The position numbers and the translations under genes were made by a program. From contig CAWIAX010000003.1 in NCBI GenBank assembly GCA_963834305.1, positions 133,648 to 197,647 on the forward strand: a DNA stretch of 64,000 bases. The letters are read 5' to 3'. Source of the DNA: an uncultured Acidobacteriota bacterium. Its GTDB lineage: Bacteria; Acidobacteriota; Vicinamibacteria; Vicinamibacterales; 2-12-FULL-66-21. Of this stretch, positions 37,803 to 46,947 are shown one piece after another (positions within the stretch are counted from its first letter, which is position 1; each line of letters opens with the position of its first letter). The notes beneath the pieces are model-generated. The model made no database searches and was not told the origin of the DNA. It saw only the letters and a program-made list of their open reading frames with translations.

Positions 37803-38664
37803 CGGCCCGCTCCTGGAACTTCAGCCATGCCGCCACGAAGTGGTCCGGCGCCGCCGCTGGGGAGTTGTGGCCGGCTGCCAGCTCCAGCGGCTCGGCTCGC
37901 GGCAGCGCGCGCAGCAGCGCCTCGTTCATCGCGCGGTGGAAGGGCACCGTCTGCGCCCCGCCAACGACCAGCGCCGGCATCCGCAGCGCCAGGAGCCGGG
38001 CCGGGTCGCCGGTGTAGTCCTTCACGGTGTAGAGACCGCGAAGCGAGTGGCGGTATTTCACCCACCGCGGCCACTGCGGCGACTGCCGCGGGGACCGGCC
38101 GCCGGCGCAATCGCCGAGCAGGCAGCGGAACCGCTCGACGTCCTCCTCATTGATCGATCGCCCGCGCAGCGCGGCCAGGAACTCCTGCATCGCTCGCGCG
38201 CCGGGGTCGTCGTACCCATGGTGGGGGAGCAGCCAGAATGCCGGCGGCTCGATCAGCGTGAGCGTGCGCACCCGGTCCGGATGACCCAGTGCAAATGCCA
38301 GGGCGATGACCCCGCCGTGCGACATGCCGATGACGTCGGCGTCGGCCACGCCCATGGTGTCGAGCGTGCGCTGCAGTGCCTCGGCTTCCGTCTCAAGGCG
38401 ATACTCCGCCGGTAGATCGCGACCGTCCAGCCCGTATTGCACCGCCAGGCTCTGCAGGTTGATGACCCGTCTCGTCCGCGCCAGGGCCTCCGGGACCCCG
38501 CCCCAGCCGTCCGCGCCAAGATGCCCGCCCCCGAGCAGCACCACCGGCTGTCCGTCGCCGAGCACCCGGGCCTGCAGGAGCAGCGGAACGCCGTCTTGGG
38601 AAGACGCACCAGTCAGCGGCGACAGGGCTGCTCCCAGACAGAGCGTCAGGAACACGGTACGCAT
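37783..38664 (-). CDS. Alpha/beta hydrolase, secreted
   Basis: The start at 38664 gives MRTVFLTLCLGAALSPL..., a signal peptide. The nucleophile elbow is GMSHGG. The remainder of the listed 467-aa ORF upstream is Arg/Gly-rich nonsense. Confidence 0.85.
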   Translation of the reverse strand: MRTVFLTLCLGAALSPLTGASSQDGVPLLLQARVLGDGQPVVLLGGGHLGADGWGGVPEALARTRRVINLQSLAVQYGLDGRDLPAEYRLETEAEALQRTLDTMGVADADVIGMSHGGVIALAFALGHPDRVRTLTLIEPPAFWLLPHHGYDDPGARAMQEFLAALRGRSINEEDVERFRCLLGDCAGGRSPRQSPQWPRWVKYRHSLRGLYTVKDYTGDPARLLALRMPALVVGGAQTVPFHRAMNEALLRALPRAEPLELAAGHNSPAAAPDHFVAAWLKFQERAVTASPR

Positions 38665-38732
38665 GCGGGCTATTCTGGCATGAGCCGCACGTGGGGTCCG
38701 CGGGCGCTGGTCAGGTCGGAGTCGACGGTGCG

Positions 38733-39989
38733 CTACTCCGCCAGCTCCGCCAGTCGCCGCTCGAGATGACGCCGTTCGGGCTCCTGCCGCGTGAGCGCCA
38801 GCGCGCGGCTGAAGGACGCGCGCGCGTCCGTGGTGCGTCCCAGCCGCCGGCACAGCTCCCCCCTGGCCGCGTGTGCGAGGCGGTAGTCCGCAAGCTCGCC
38901 GCGCGTGAGGATGGCGTCGATCAGCGCCAGGCCCGCCGCGGGCCCGTCGCGCATCCCGACGGCCACGGCGCGGTTGAGCGCGACGACGGGCGACGGCGCG
39001 CCGGCGAGCAGCACGTCGTAGCGGCCGACGATCTCCGCCCAGTCGGTCTCGGCGGCCGTGCGCGCCCGGGCATGGACGGCCGCGATCGCCGCCTGCAGCG
39101 TGTAGGGACCCGGGCGAGCCGCGCGGCCTGACGCCAGCGCCTGCCCGGCGAGCCTTGTCCCCTCGTCCATCAGCTCGCGGTTCCACAGCGAACGATCCTG
39201 GTCTTCCAGCAGGATGACGTCGCCGGATCCCGTCGTCCGCGCACCGCGCCGCGAGTCGTGCAGCAGCATGAGCGCGAGCAGGCCGATCGCCTCGGGCTCC
39301 GGCAGGAGGTCCGCGAGCAGCCGCCCCAGCCGGATGGCTTCAGCCGAGAGATCGCAGCGGGTCAGCTCGGTGCCGGACGAGGCGGCGTACCCCTCGTTGA
39401 ACACGAGATAGACCACGCGGAGGACGGCGTCGAGCCGCTCCGGCAGCGCCTCGCGCGGCGGAACCTCGTAGGGGATGCGGGCGCGGCGGATGCTGCCCTT
39501 GGCGCGGACAATCCGCTGCGCGAGGGTGGGCGCCGGCGTCAGGAACGCGTGCGCAATCTGCTCCGTCGTCAGGCCGCACACCTCGCGGAGGGTGAGGGCC
39601 ACCTGCGCGTCCAGGCCGAGCGACGGGTGACAACAGGTGAAGATCAGCCGGAGCCTGTCGTCTTCCACGCTGTCGCGGTCCGCCCACGCGTCCGGGTCGG
39701 CGGAGGCCAGGGGGGTACCGTCCCGCTCCTCGTCCAGCGGCTCGAGACGTTTGCGCCGGCGCATCGCGTCGATGCCCTTGAACCGGCCGGCGGTGACCAG
39801 CCATGCCGCCGGGTTGTTCGGGATGCCATCGCGCGGCCATTGCTCGAGCGCCGCCCGGAAGGCCTCGTGCAGCGCCTCCTCGGCGACGTCGAAGTCGCCG
39901 AGCACACGGATGAGCGTCGCGAGCACGCGGCGGGAGTCGGACCGGTAGGTCCCGCTGACGATCTCGTGCACCCGATTGCTCGTCTCCAA
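38733..39989 (-). CDS. ECF-type sigma factor with C-terminal TPR-like domain (COG4941 type)
   Basis: The N-terminus YRSDSRRVLATLIRVLGDFDVAEEALHEAF...NPAAWLVTAGRFKGIDAMRRR is typical of this ~420-aa family. There is a long helical C-terminal extension. Confidence 0.85.
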   Translation of the reverse strand: METSNRVHEIVSGTYRSDSRRVLATLIRVLGDFDVAEEALHEAFRAALEQWPRDGIPNNPAAWLVTAGRFKGIDAMRRRKRLEPLDEERDGTPLASADPDAWADRDSVEDDRLRLIFTCCHPSLGLDAQVALTLREVCGLTTEQIAHAFLTPAPTLAQRIVRAKGSIRRARIPYEVPPREALPERLDAVLRVVYLVFNEGYAASSGTELTRCDLSAEAIRLGRLLADLLPEPEAIGLLALMLLHDSRRGARTTGSGDVILLEDQDRSLWNRELMDEGTRLAGQALASGRAARPGPYTLQAAIAAVHARARTAAETDWAEIVGRYDVLLAGAPSPVVALNRAVAVGMRDGPAAGLALIDAILTRGELADYRLAHAARGELCRRLGRTTDARASFSRALALTRQEPERRHLERRLAELAE

Positions 39990-40072
39990 GACGGTCGATC
40001 ACATCATGCGCCACCTCCGCCGGCAAGCTCAGGCCACCAGCAGCGCCGGCTGCGCTACCCTGTAGCTTGACC

Positions 40073-40561
40073 ATGACAATGCTGCAGAAGCTCCTCGATC
40101 ATGCGGGGTGGGCCGACACGGAGGCCGCGAACGTCATCGCCACGCTGCCGGAAGGCGCCGGACGGGAACAGGCCACCAGGATCTACGCGCACCTTGCCGC
40201 CGCGGCCCACGTCTGGCTCTCACGGTTGGAAGGGCGCACGCCGGCCCATCCGGTCTGGCCGGACCTGCCGCTCGAGGTGGCGCGGGCGCTGGCGGCCGAG
40301 AGCGTTGCGGGCCTCAGGACCTGGGCTGGCCGGGACGCAGACAGCCTGGCGGCGGAGGTGGAGTACCGCACGAGCGCCGGGCACCTGTTCCGGAACACGG
40401 TGTCCGACGTGATCGCCCATGCGGCGCTTCACGGCAGCTATCATCGTGGCCAGCTCGCCCTCCTGGCGCGGCAGGCTGGCGCGACCCCCGCGGCAACCGA
40501 CTACATCCTTTTCGCGCGCGGTTTACCGTCGCCTGCCCCGCCGCCACCGGAACGGCGCTGA
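40073..40561 (+). CDS. DinB-family (four-helix bundle) protein
   Basis: WADTEAANVI... and the C-terminal HAALHGSYHRGQLALL are the DinB/YfiT-type His motif. The start is ATG at 40073 or TTG at 40067. Confidence 0.8.
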   Translation: MTMLQKLLDHAGWADTEAANVIATLPEGAGREQATRIYAHLAAAAHVWLSRLEGRTPAHPVWPDLPLEVARALAAESVAGLRTWAGRDADSLAAEVEYRTSAGHLFRNTVSDVIAHAALHGSYHRGQLALLARQAGATPAATDYILFARGLPSPAPPPPERR

Positions 40562-41682
40562 ACACCGCGCACCACGTTGAACGTGCCGGCAGGCATCGCC
40601 GTGCCATTGACAATGACGTTCACGGCGTGAGGGCCCGGGTGCGGCGTGCGGGTGGTGTGCACCGCAAGGGACACGGACGTCGAGAACGCGGCGCGGCCCC
40701 GCGCCGGCAGCACGACGCGCTTCACCTTGAACACCTTTGGCGCCGGCCGCCCGTTCGCCTTGACGAAATGGACCGCCAGGTCCACCAGCAGATCCTGTGA
40801 CGCGCGCGATCGGCTGCGGAGCGTGAAGCCGACGGACACCCGGCCGCCGATGGCGACGCGCGCTGGTGAGATGCGCACCTCTTCCACCGCCACGGCCGCC
40901 CGCCGCCCGTAGCCGAGAAGACGAAGCGCGTCGGGCTCGCCGCGCTTCACCGCGCTGCGCAGCGCGTGTTCGATCAGCTGCTGCCGGGCCGGGGATGCCG
41001 TCTCGAGCCAGGCCGCGGCCGTGCGCATCAGGAGATCAGGACGCACCTTGCCGAGGTCGTTGAGGTTGTTCGCCACGCTCCGGCGCACCACCGTCGCGGG
41101 ATCGTCTTTCAAGAGATCGAGTAGCGCGAGCACCCGTTCGGGGTGGGCGTCGAGCCACGCAACGCGCGGCGCCCAGGGCAGCCGGAGCCTGGTCCCTTCG
41201 GAGACCAGCCGCCGCACGTGGGCATTCGAATCCCTGGTCCAGGCGAGCAGGAACCCGAAGGCACGCTCCGGATCGCGGGCGATGTAGGGGCGGATGCTCG
41301 ACTCGGCGCTGAAGCGCTTGGTGAGCTCGTATTGCGCCTGCATCGAGAGATCGAAGTGCTCGAGCCCGCGTTCCGCGACAAAGAGCGTGTGCGGCAGGTA
41401 GAAGAACGGCGCCATGCCGGCGCCGAGGAGCTCATCGCTCGCGTGCTCCGGTCCGAGCGATCGAAGAAGGACAGCAATCGCGTCGGGATAGGCCGCCGGA
41501 AGGTGGCTGGCGAGCGCGCGCGCAATGTGCCGGCCGCGATCGAGCAGCTCGAGCGCCTCCAGCCCGGCACACGCATCGGCCACGAAGCGCCGGGCGGGGA
41601 ATGCCGGATGAATCCGCGCGAGATCCGCGCCGAGACGGCGAACGAGCGGCGGGGAAAAGAAGGTCTTGAGAGGCTCGGCCAC
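40501..41682 (-). CDS. DNA alkylation repair protein (AlkC/AlkD-like HEAT-repeat glycosylase) with C-terminal Ig-like domain
   Basis: The N-terminus FFSPPLVRRLGADLARIHPAF... and ...NAHVRRLVSEGTRLRLPWA... and ...VRRSVANNLNDLGK are HEAT-like repeats typical of the family. The C-terminal beta-rich ~110 aa are consistent with the AlkC Ig-like domain. The 3' end overlaps the DinB gene by 61 nt. Confidence 0.7.
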   Translation of the reverse strand: MAEPLKTFFSPPLVRRLGADLARIHPAFPARRFVADACAGLEALELLDRGRHIARALASHLPAAYPDAIAVLLRSLGPEHASDELLGAGMAPFFYLPHTLFVAERGLEHFDLSMQAQYELTKRFSAESSIRPYIARDPERAFGFLLAWTRDSNAHVRRLVSEGTRLRLPWAPRVAWLDAHPERVLALLDLLKDDPATVVRRSVANNLNDLGKVRPDLLMRTAAAWLETASPARQQLIEHALRSAVKRGEPDALRLLGYGRRAAVAVEEVRISPARVAIGGRVSVGFTLRSRSRASQDLLVDLAVHFVKANGRPAPKVFKVKRVVLPARGRAAFSTSVSLAVHTTRTPHPGPHAVNVIVNGTAMPAGTFNVVRGVQRRSGGGGAGDGKPRAKRM

Positions 41683-41774
41683 GCTGATCCGTCAATCCTA
41701 CATCGGTCCGATCCATACTGGTCCTGACACCTCGATCGGACCGTCGGCGCGAGCTGTATCGAAAGGAGCGCCTC

Positions 41775-43093
41775 ATGACAGGATTCGTTCGACGCCTCGG
41801 GCTCGTCGCCATCTTTGCGGCAATGGGCTCCCTCTCCGGCGCCGGCAGGCAGGCCCCCGCACTCACGCCGCTCGAACAACTCGGCAAGTCGGTGTTCTTC
41901 GATCAACGGCTGTCGCTCAGGGGCAACCAGTCGTGCGCCACCTGTCATGCTCCCCAGGTTGGCTGGACGGGGGATCTGCCGCTCGTGAATGCCGGGCCGG
42001 CGGTCTACGAGGGCTCCGTCGCGGGCCTGTTCGGCAACCGCAAACCTCCGACGGTGGCGTACGCCATGGCACCGGTGCTTCACGCCCAAAGAGACGACGG
42101 CGACATCCTGTTCGTGGGTGGAAACTTCTGGGACGGCCGGGCCACGGGTGAGCGGCTCAAGGACCCGATCGCCGAGCAGGCCCAGGGCCCCTTCGTCAAC
42201 CCGGTGGAACAGGCGCTGCCCGACACGCGCCTGCGTGGTCCGGCGTGTCTGCAACGGCGGCTACTCGGCCGCGTTCGAAGCGCACTACCCCGGCAGCTGC
42301 GGCATCGCATGGCCGGCGGACGCCGATGCCGCCTGCGCCCGGCCGTCGGGCACGCTCGGGATGCCGGCGCCGGAGCGCGAGAAGTCGGACCGTGCCTACG
42401 ACCAGATCGCCCTGGCCGTTGCCGCCTACGAGCGGTCGCGGGAGGTCAATCCGTTTTCGTCGAAGTTCGATCGCTACCTCGCCGGCGAGGCATCGCTGAC
42501 CCCCGAAGAGAAGATCGGATTGGACGTGTTCACTGGCCGCGGCGAGTGTGCCGACTGCCATCCCGTCGAGCGGGGGCCGGGCGGGCAGCCGCCGCTGTTC
42601 ACGGATTTCACGTTCGACAACCTCGGAGTGCCGCGCAACGTGGAGAATCCCTGGTATCAGGCCTCAAATGAGCTCAATCCCGCAGCTGCCGCCTGGCTGG
42701 ACACCGGCCTCGGCGGGTTCCTCTCCACGCGGCCGGACTGGCGCGCGGTTCGCCGACGCGAACGTGGGCAAGCAGAAGGTGCCAACGCTGCGCAACGTCG
42801 ACCTCCGCCCGGCTGAAGGATTCGTCAAGGCCTACATGCACAACGGCTACTTCAAGACGCTCGCCGGCGTGGTGCACTTCTACAACACCCGCGACGTGAA
42901 GCCGGCCTGCAGCGGGCCGCTCGGCGAACAGGCGGCGCTCGCCGCCAACTGCTGGCCCGCCCCCGAGGTGACAGCGAACGTCAACAAGGACGAGCTCGGC
43001 AACCTCGGGCTCAGTGGCGCCGACGAGCGCGCGATCGTCGCCTTCATGAAGACGCTGTCGGATGGCTACGCGGCGCCGGCGAGCCAGCGATAA
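41775..43093 (+). pseudogene. Di-haem cytochrome c peroxidase/MauG-family protein, two frameshifts
   Basis: The first CxxCH is CATCH and the second is CADCH. The protein reads through three frames with junctions near 42228 (...VEQALPDT / ACVVRRVCNGGYSAAFEAHYPG...) and 42749 (...LSTRPDWRA / FADANVGKQKVPTLRNVDL...). Confidence 0.8.
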
Positions 43094-43111
43094 GGCTGCG
43101 GCCCCGGGGAC

Positions 43112-43948
43112 TTACCAGGGCGGCAGCGTCATGTAGAGGAACTCGCGCAGGTACTTGTCGGGCGACGCCATCAGCTCGGCGGCGGTGCCGCGGAAATGGA
43201 TCTGCGCATCGCGCAGGACCATGAACGTCGGCCCGGCGTGCTCGTCCGGCGAGGCGACAATGGCAATCTGGCCATCCTTCCGAACCGCGTGGTGCTCGGC
43301 GATGTAGAAGGCATCGCGGATCTGCTGGGTCACGAAGATCGACGTGACGCCCTGGAGATCCCGCAGCTTCACGATCTCGTCGTCCACCGTCGACGCGATG
43401 ATCGGATCCAGCCCGGTCGTCGGATCGTCGAACAGGATGAGGCTGGGCGTCGGCGCCATGGCGCGGGCGATGGCGACGCGCCGGCGCTGGCCGCCGGACA
43501 GCGCCGCCGGCATCCGCTCGGTGAACTCGCCGAGCCCGATGAAGGTGAGCACGTCCTCGACGCGCGCCCGGACCTGGTCCGCCGGCAGGTGCATCTCTTC
43601 GGACAGGCGATAGCCGACGTTCTGCGCCACGGTGAGCGAGTCGAACAGGGCGAGCTCCTGGAAGACCATGCCGATGTCTCCGCGCACGCGCATGAGATCG
43701 GGCTCGCGCATCGTGTCCACGCGCTCGCCGTTGATGCGGATGGCGCCGCTGTCGGGACACATCAGGCCGAGGATCAGCTTGAGCGTGACGGACTTGCCGA
43801 CGCCGCTCTCCCCGAGCAGGATGGTCATCGTGCCCCGCGGCACGGTGAAGCTCACGTCGCGGAGGATGACGTGATCGTCGAAGGCGAACGAGACGCGGTC
43901 GAACTCGACCGCTGGCGGTGCGTTCGCGTCGTCAGCCACTCCCGTCAT
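43112..43948 (-). CDS. ABC transporter ATP-binding protein (MlaF-like)
   Basis: It has Walker A (GESGVGKS), the signature LSGGQRRRVAIARA and Walker B (LILFDDPTTGLD). No permease gene is adjacent. Confidence 0.9.
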   Translation of the reverse strand: MTGVADDANAPPAVEFDRVSFAFDDHVILRDVSFTVPRGTMTILLGESGVGKSVTLKLILGLMCPDSGAIRINGERVDTMREPDLMRVRGDIGMVFQELALFDSLTVAQNVGYRLSEEMHLPADQVRARVEDVLTFIGLGEFTERMPAALSGGQRRRVAIARAMAPTPSLILFDDPTTGLDPIIASTVDDEIVKLRDLQGVTSIFVTQQIRDAFYIAEHHAVRKDGQIAIVASPDEHAGPTFMVLRDAQIHFRGTAAELMASPDKYLREFLYMTLPPW

Positions 43949-45402
43949 CGCCCTTTCAGTGCCCCGCGCAGCTTGTCGGCAAGCGAGCCCAGTCCGCCCT
44001 TGGAGTCAGCCTCCGGCCGGGCGGCATACTCGCGGATCTCCGCCTGCTCCCGCTGCTGCGCCACCGCCTTCTTGCTGAGCCGGATGCGGCGGCTCGCCGC
44101 GTCCACCTCCAGCACGGCGACCTCGATCTCGCTGCCGACCGGGAAGGCCTTCTGCAGGTCGGCGTCGCGATCGAGCCCCGTTTCGGCGAGCGGCATCAGG
44201 CCGGTCTTCCCCGGCGCCAGGAACACGAACACGCCGAACGGTTCGTGGCGCTCGACTTTGCCGGTGACGATCGCCCCGGCGGCCAATCCGCCCTGCGGCA
44301 GGGCGCTGGCGGCCCGCGTGGAGCCGTCCTCGACGCGCGCGATGCCGATGCGCTTCTGCGCCGGGTCGATGCTCAGGATCTCGAACGAGGCCGTGCTCCC
44401 CACTTCTACCGACTTCGCCCATCCGCCCGCCCGCCCCGTCGGTGGGAACGTCGAGGCGTGCGCCAGGCCTTCAACGCCGGGCTCCAGTTCGACGAACGCG
44501 CCGAAGTCGGCCAGCCGGGTGACCCGGCCGGTCCGCACCTGGCCGACCTCGTAGGCCGACGCCACCGTGCTCCAGGGGTCGTCCTGGAGCTGCTTCAATC
44601 CGAGCGAGATCTTCCCAGTGCCCTCGTCCACACGGAGCACCTTGACGGTGATCTCGTCGCCGCGCGCCACGACGGCGTTGGGTGTGACGCTGCGCGACCA
44701 GCTCATCTCGGACACGTGGAGCAGGCCCTGGATGCCGCCGCCGAGCTCGACGAACGCGCCGAAGTCGAGCACCGACGCGACCCGCCCTGTCAGCACGGCG
44801 CCGGGCACGATCGACGTGCGGATCACCGCGGCGCTGGCGCGCTGTTCCTCCTCGAGGTACTTGCGCCGGGAGAGCACGATGGACTTGCCGCCCTCCTTGT
44901 ATTCGATGATGCGGAACGGGTAGACCTTGCCCTCGTGCACCGCCGGGTCGGTGGTGCGGACGATGTCGATCTGCGAGAACGGGCAGAACGCGCGTTCGCG
45001 CGCGACGCGCACCTCGTAGCCCCCCTTGACGACCGCCTCGACCTTGCCGTCCACGGCCAGGCCAGCCTCGAACGCGTCCTCGAGCTCGCGCTGGGTGGCG
45101 GCATTGCGCACTCCCTTGCGCGAGAGCATGATGCCGCCGCTGGTGGACACGACCATGGCCTGGATGCGATCGCCGACCGACACCTCGACGTCGCCGTCCT
45201 CGTCCTTCAGCTCGGCGAGATCGATCTGCGCCTCGCTCTTGCCACCCACGCTGACGAAGGCGACCGCCGGCCCGAACGCGACGATCGTGCCCTCCACGGT
45301 CTGCCCCCGGGTGAATCGGCGCGCCTGCTCGGACGCCTCGAACATCGCGGCGAAGTCTTCTTCCGGATTGCTCACTGTGTACTCCTCGGGATCGGTCACC
45401 AT
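43945..45402 (-). CDS. S1 RNA-binding domain protein (RpsA-like paralog, about five S1 domains)
   Basis: Repeated S1 motifs are present: G.V..V..FGAFVELGGGIQGLLHVSEMSW, RLADFGAFVELEPGVEGLAH and HEPFGVFVFL. The N-terminus DFAAMFEAS...G..VEG is RpsA-like. The stop overlaps the ABC ATPase start (ATGA). Confidence 0.85.
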   Translation of the reverse strand: MVTDPEEYTVSNPEEDFAAMFEASEQARRFTRGQTVEGTIVAFGPAVAFVSVGGKSEAQIDLAELKDEDGDVEVSVGDRIQAMVVSTSGGIMLSRKGVRNAATQRELEDAFEAGLAVDGKVEAVVKGGYEVRVARERAFCPFSQIDIVRTTDPAVHEGKVYPFRIIEYKEGGKSIVLSRRKYLEEEQRASAAVIRTSIVPGAVLTGRVASVLDFGAFVELGGGIQGLLHVSEMSWSRSVTPNAVVARGDEITVKVLRVDEGTGKISLGLKQLQDDPWSTVASAYEVGQVRTGRVTRLADFGAFVELEPGVEGLAHASTFPPTGRAGGWAKSVEVGSTASFEILSIDPAQKRIGIARVEDGSTRAASALPQGGLAAGAIVTGKVERHEPFGVFVFLAPGKTGLMPLAETGLDRDADLQKAFPVGSEIEVAVLEVDAASRRIRLSKKAVAQQREQAEIREYAARPEADSKGGLGSLADKLRGALKGR

Positions 45403-45413
45403 CAGCCATTATA
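45403..45413 (-). promoter_or_regulatory. Perfect TATAAT hexamer 5 nt upstream of the S1-domain gene ATG (possible leaderless transcript)
   Basis: The minus strand reads cccccTATAATggctgATGgtgacc. There is no room for a Shine-Dalgarno sequence. I saw no convincing -35 box. Confidence 0.35.
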
Positions 45414-45502
45414 GGGGGCGTCACACCCTCAGGCTGTCGAGCCGGCCGGCGCACCTTCAGTCTCCGCGATCCCGGCGCATCCTGCGGTAGACTGCCCATC
45501 CC

Positions 45503-46930
45503 ATGGCACGGTTCATCCTCCTCGTCACGCTCCTGATCTCGACGGCCGGGCTGCTGCGTGGCCAGGACAGGCCGCCCTTCCAGAACGACTTCCCGGCCGA
45601 CGAATTCGTGCAGCGGCGCGCCCGGGTCATGGACGCCATCGGTCCCGAGGCGATCGCCATCGTCCAGGGCGCACCCGGGGTGGACGGCTTCAAGGTGTTC
45701 CGCCAGTCGAACGAGTTCTACTACCTGACCGGGCTGGAGAGCCCGCATGCCTACCTGGTGCTCGACGGACGGACCCGCCGGACCACGCTCTATCTGACCC
45801 ATCGGAACGAGGCGCTCGAGCGCAGCACCGGGACAGTCTGGTCGGCCGAAGACGCCGCCGACGTGACGCGGCTCACGGGCGTTGACGCGGTGGCCCCCGT
45901 CGAACAGCTGTCACGACAGTCCTTCGGCGCGATGCTGCGGCCGCCGCGCCCGGTGCTCTATGTCCCGTTCAGCCCGGCCGAAGGGGAGGCGCAGAGCCGC
46001 GACGAGCTGCTCGCGCACCAGGCCGGCGTGGCGGGCGATCCGTGGGACGGGCGGCCGTCACGCGAGTCGTACTTCCGCCGCCTGATCGCCGACCGCTTTC
46101 CGGCGCTCGACACGCGCGACCTGACGCCTATCCTCGACACGCTCCGCTACACGAAGAGCCCGCGCGAGATCGCGCTCATCCGCAAGGCTTCCGTCCTGGC
46201 CGGGCTCGGGCTGCTCGAAGCCATGAAGAGCACGCGGTCGGGCGTGTTCGAGTACCAGGTCGCCGCCGCCGCCCGGTTCACGTTTCTCGCCAACGGCGCC
46301 AGGTTCGAGGGCTACAACCCCATTGCCGGCGGCGGCACCAACGCCTGGATGGGCCACTACTCACGCAACCTCGACGCGCTCAAGGCCGGCGACCTGGTGC
46401 TGATGGACTACGCGCCCGACCTGCGCTACTACACGAGCGACGTCACCCGCATGTGGCCGGTGAGCGGCACCTTCACCGATGAGCAGCGCACGCTGGTGAA
46501 GTTCATCCTCGAGTACCGGGCGGCGTTCTTCAGATACATCAAGCCCGGCGCAACGCCGGACGAGGTGCTCGCGCGTGCCCGCCGCGACATGGAGAAGGTG
46601 CTCTCGACCACGACGTTCGCGAAAGACAGCCACCGAAAGGCGGCCGCGGAGATGCTCGAGTTCCGTGGCCACTTGCAACATCCCGTCGGGATGACGGTGC
46701 ACGACCCCGGCCGGATCTGGGGCCGGCCGTTCGAGGCAGGCGTGGTGTTCACGGTGGACCCGATGATGTGGATCCCGGACGAGAAGCTTTACGTCAGGAT
46801 GGAGGACACCGTTGTCGTCACCAAAGACGGCATGGAGAACTTCACCGGGGATCTCGCGAGCACGCCCGAAGAGATCGAAGCGGTGATGAAGCAGGACGGT
46901 CTGCTGCCGCGAGTCCCTCGCCTGCAGTGA
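45503..46930 (+). CDS. M24-family Xaa-Pro aminopeptidase, secreted
   Basis: It has a signal peptide and an N-terminal creatinase/AMP_N-like region. The pita-bread metal-ligand context is LVLMDYAPDLRYYTSDVTRMWP, HPVGMTVHD and EDTVVVT. Confidence 0.85.
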   Translation: MARFILLVTLLISTAGLLRGQDRPPFQNDFPADEFVQRRARVMDAIGPEAIAIVQGAPGVDGFKVFRQSNEFYYLTGLESPHAYLVLDGRTRRTTLYLTHRNEALERSTGTVWSAEDAADVTRLTGVDAVAPVEQLSRQSFGAMLRPPRPVLYVPFSPAEGEAQSRDELLAHQAGVAGDPWDGRPSRESYFRRLIADRFPALDTRDLTPILDTLRYTKSPREIALIRKASVLAGLGLLEAMKSTRSGVFEYQVAAAARFTFLANGARFEGYNPIAGGGTNAWMGHYSRNLDALKAGDLVLMDYAPDLRYYTSDVTRMWPVSGTFTDEQRTLVKFILEYRAAFFRYIKPGATPDEVLARARRDMEKVLSTTTFAKDSHRKAAAEMLEFRGHLQHPVGMTVHDPGRIWGRPFEAGVVFTVDPMMWIPDEKLYVRMEDTVVVTKDGMENFTGDLASTPEEIEAVMKQDGLLPRVPRLQ

Positions 46931-46947
46931 CGGGCGGACGCGGCAAC

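Noticed and set aside
43945-45402. Calling the S1-domain gene the genuine ribosomal protein S1 (rpsA).
   Set aside because: It has only about five S1 domains and 485 aa. It is coupled to an ABC ATPase rather than sitting in the usual rpsA context. It is safer to call it an RpsA-like paralog.
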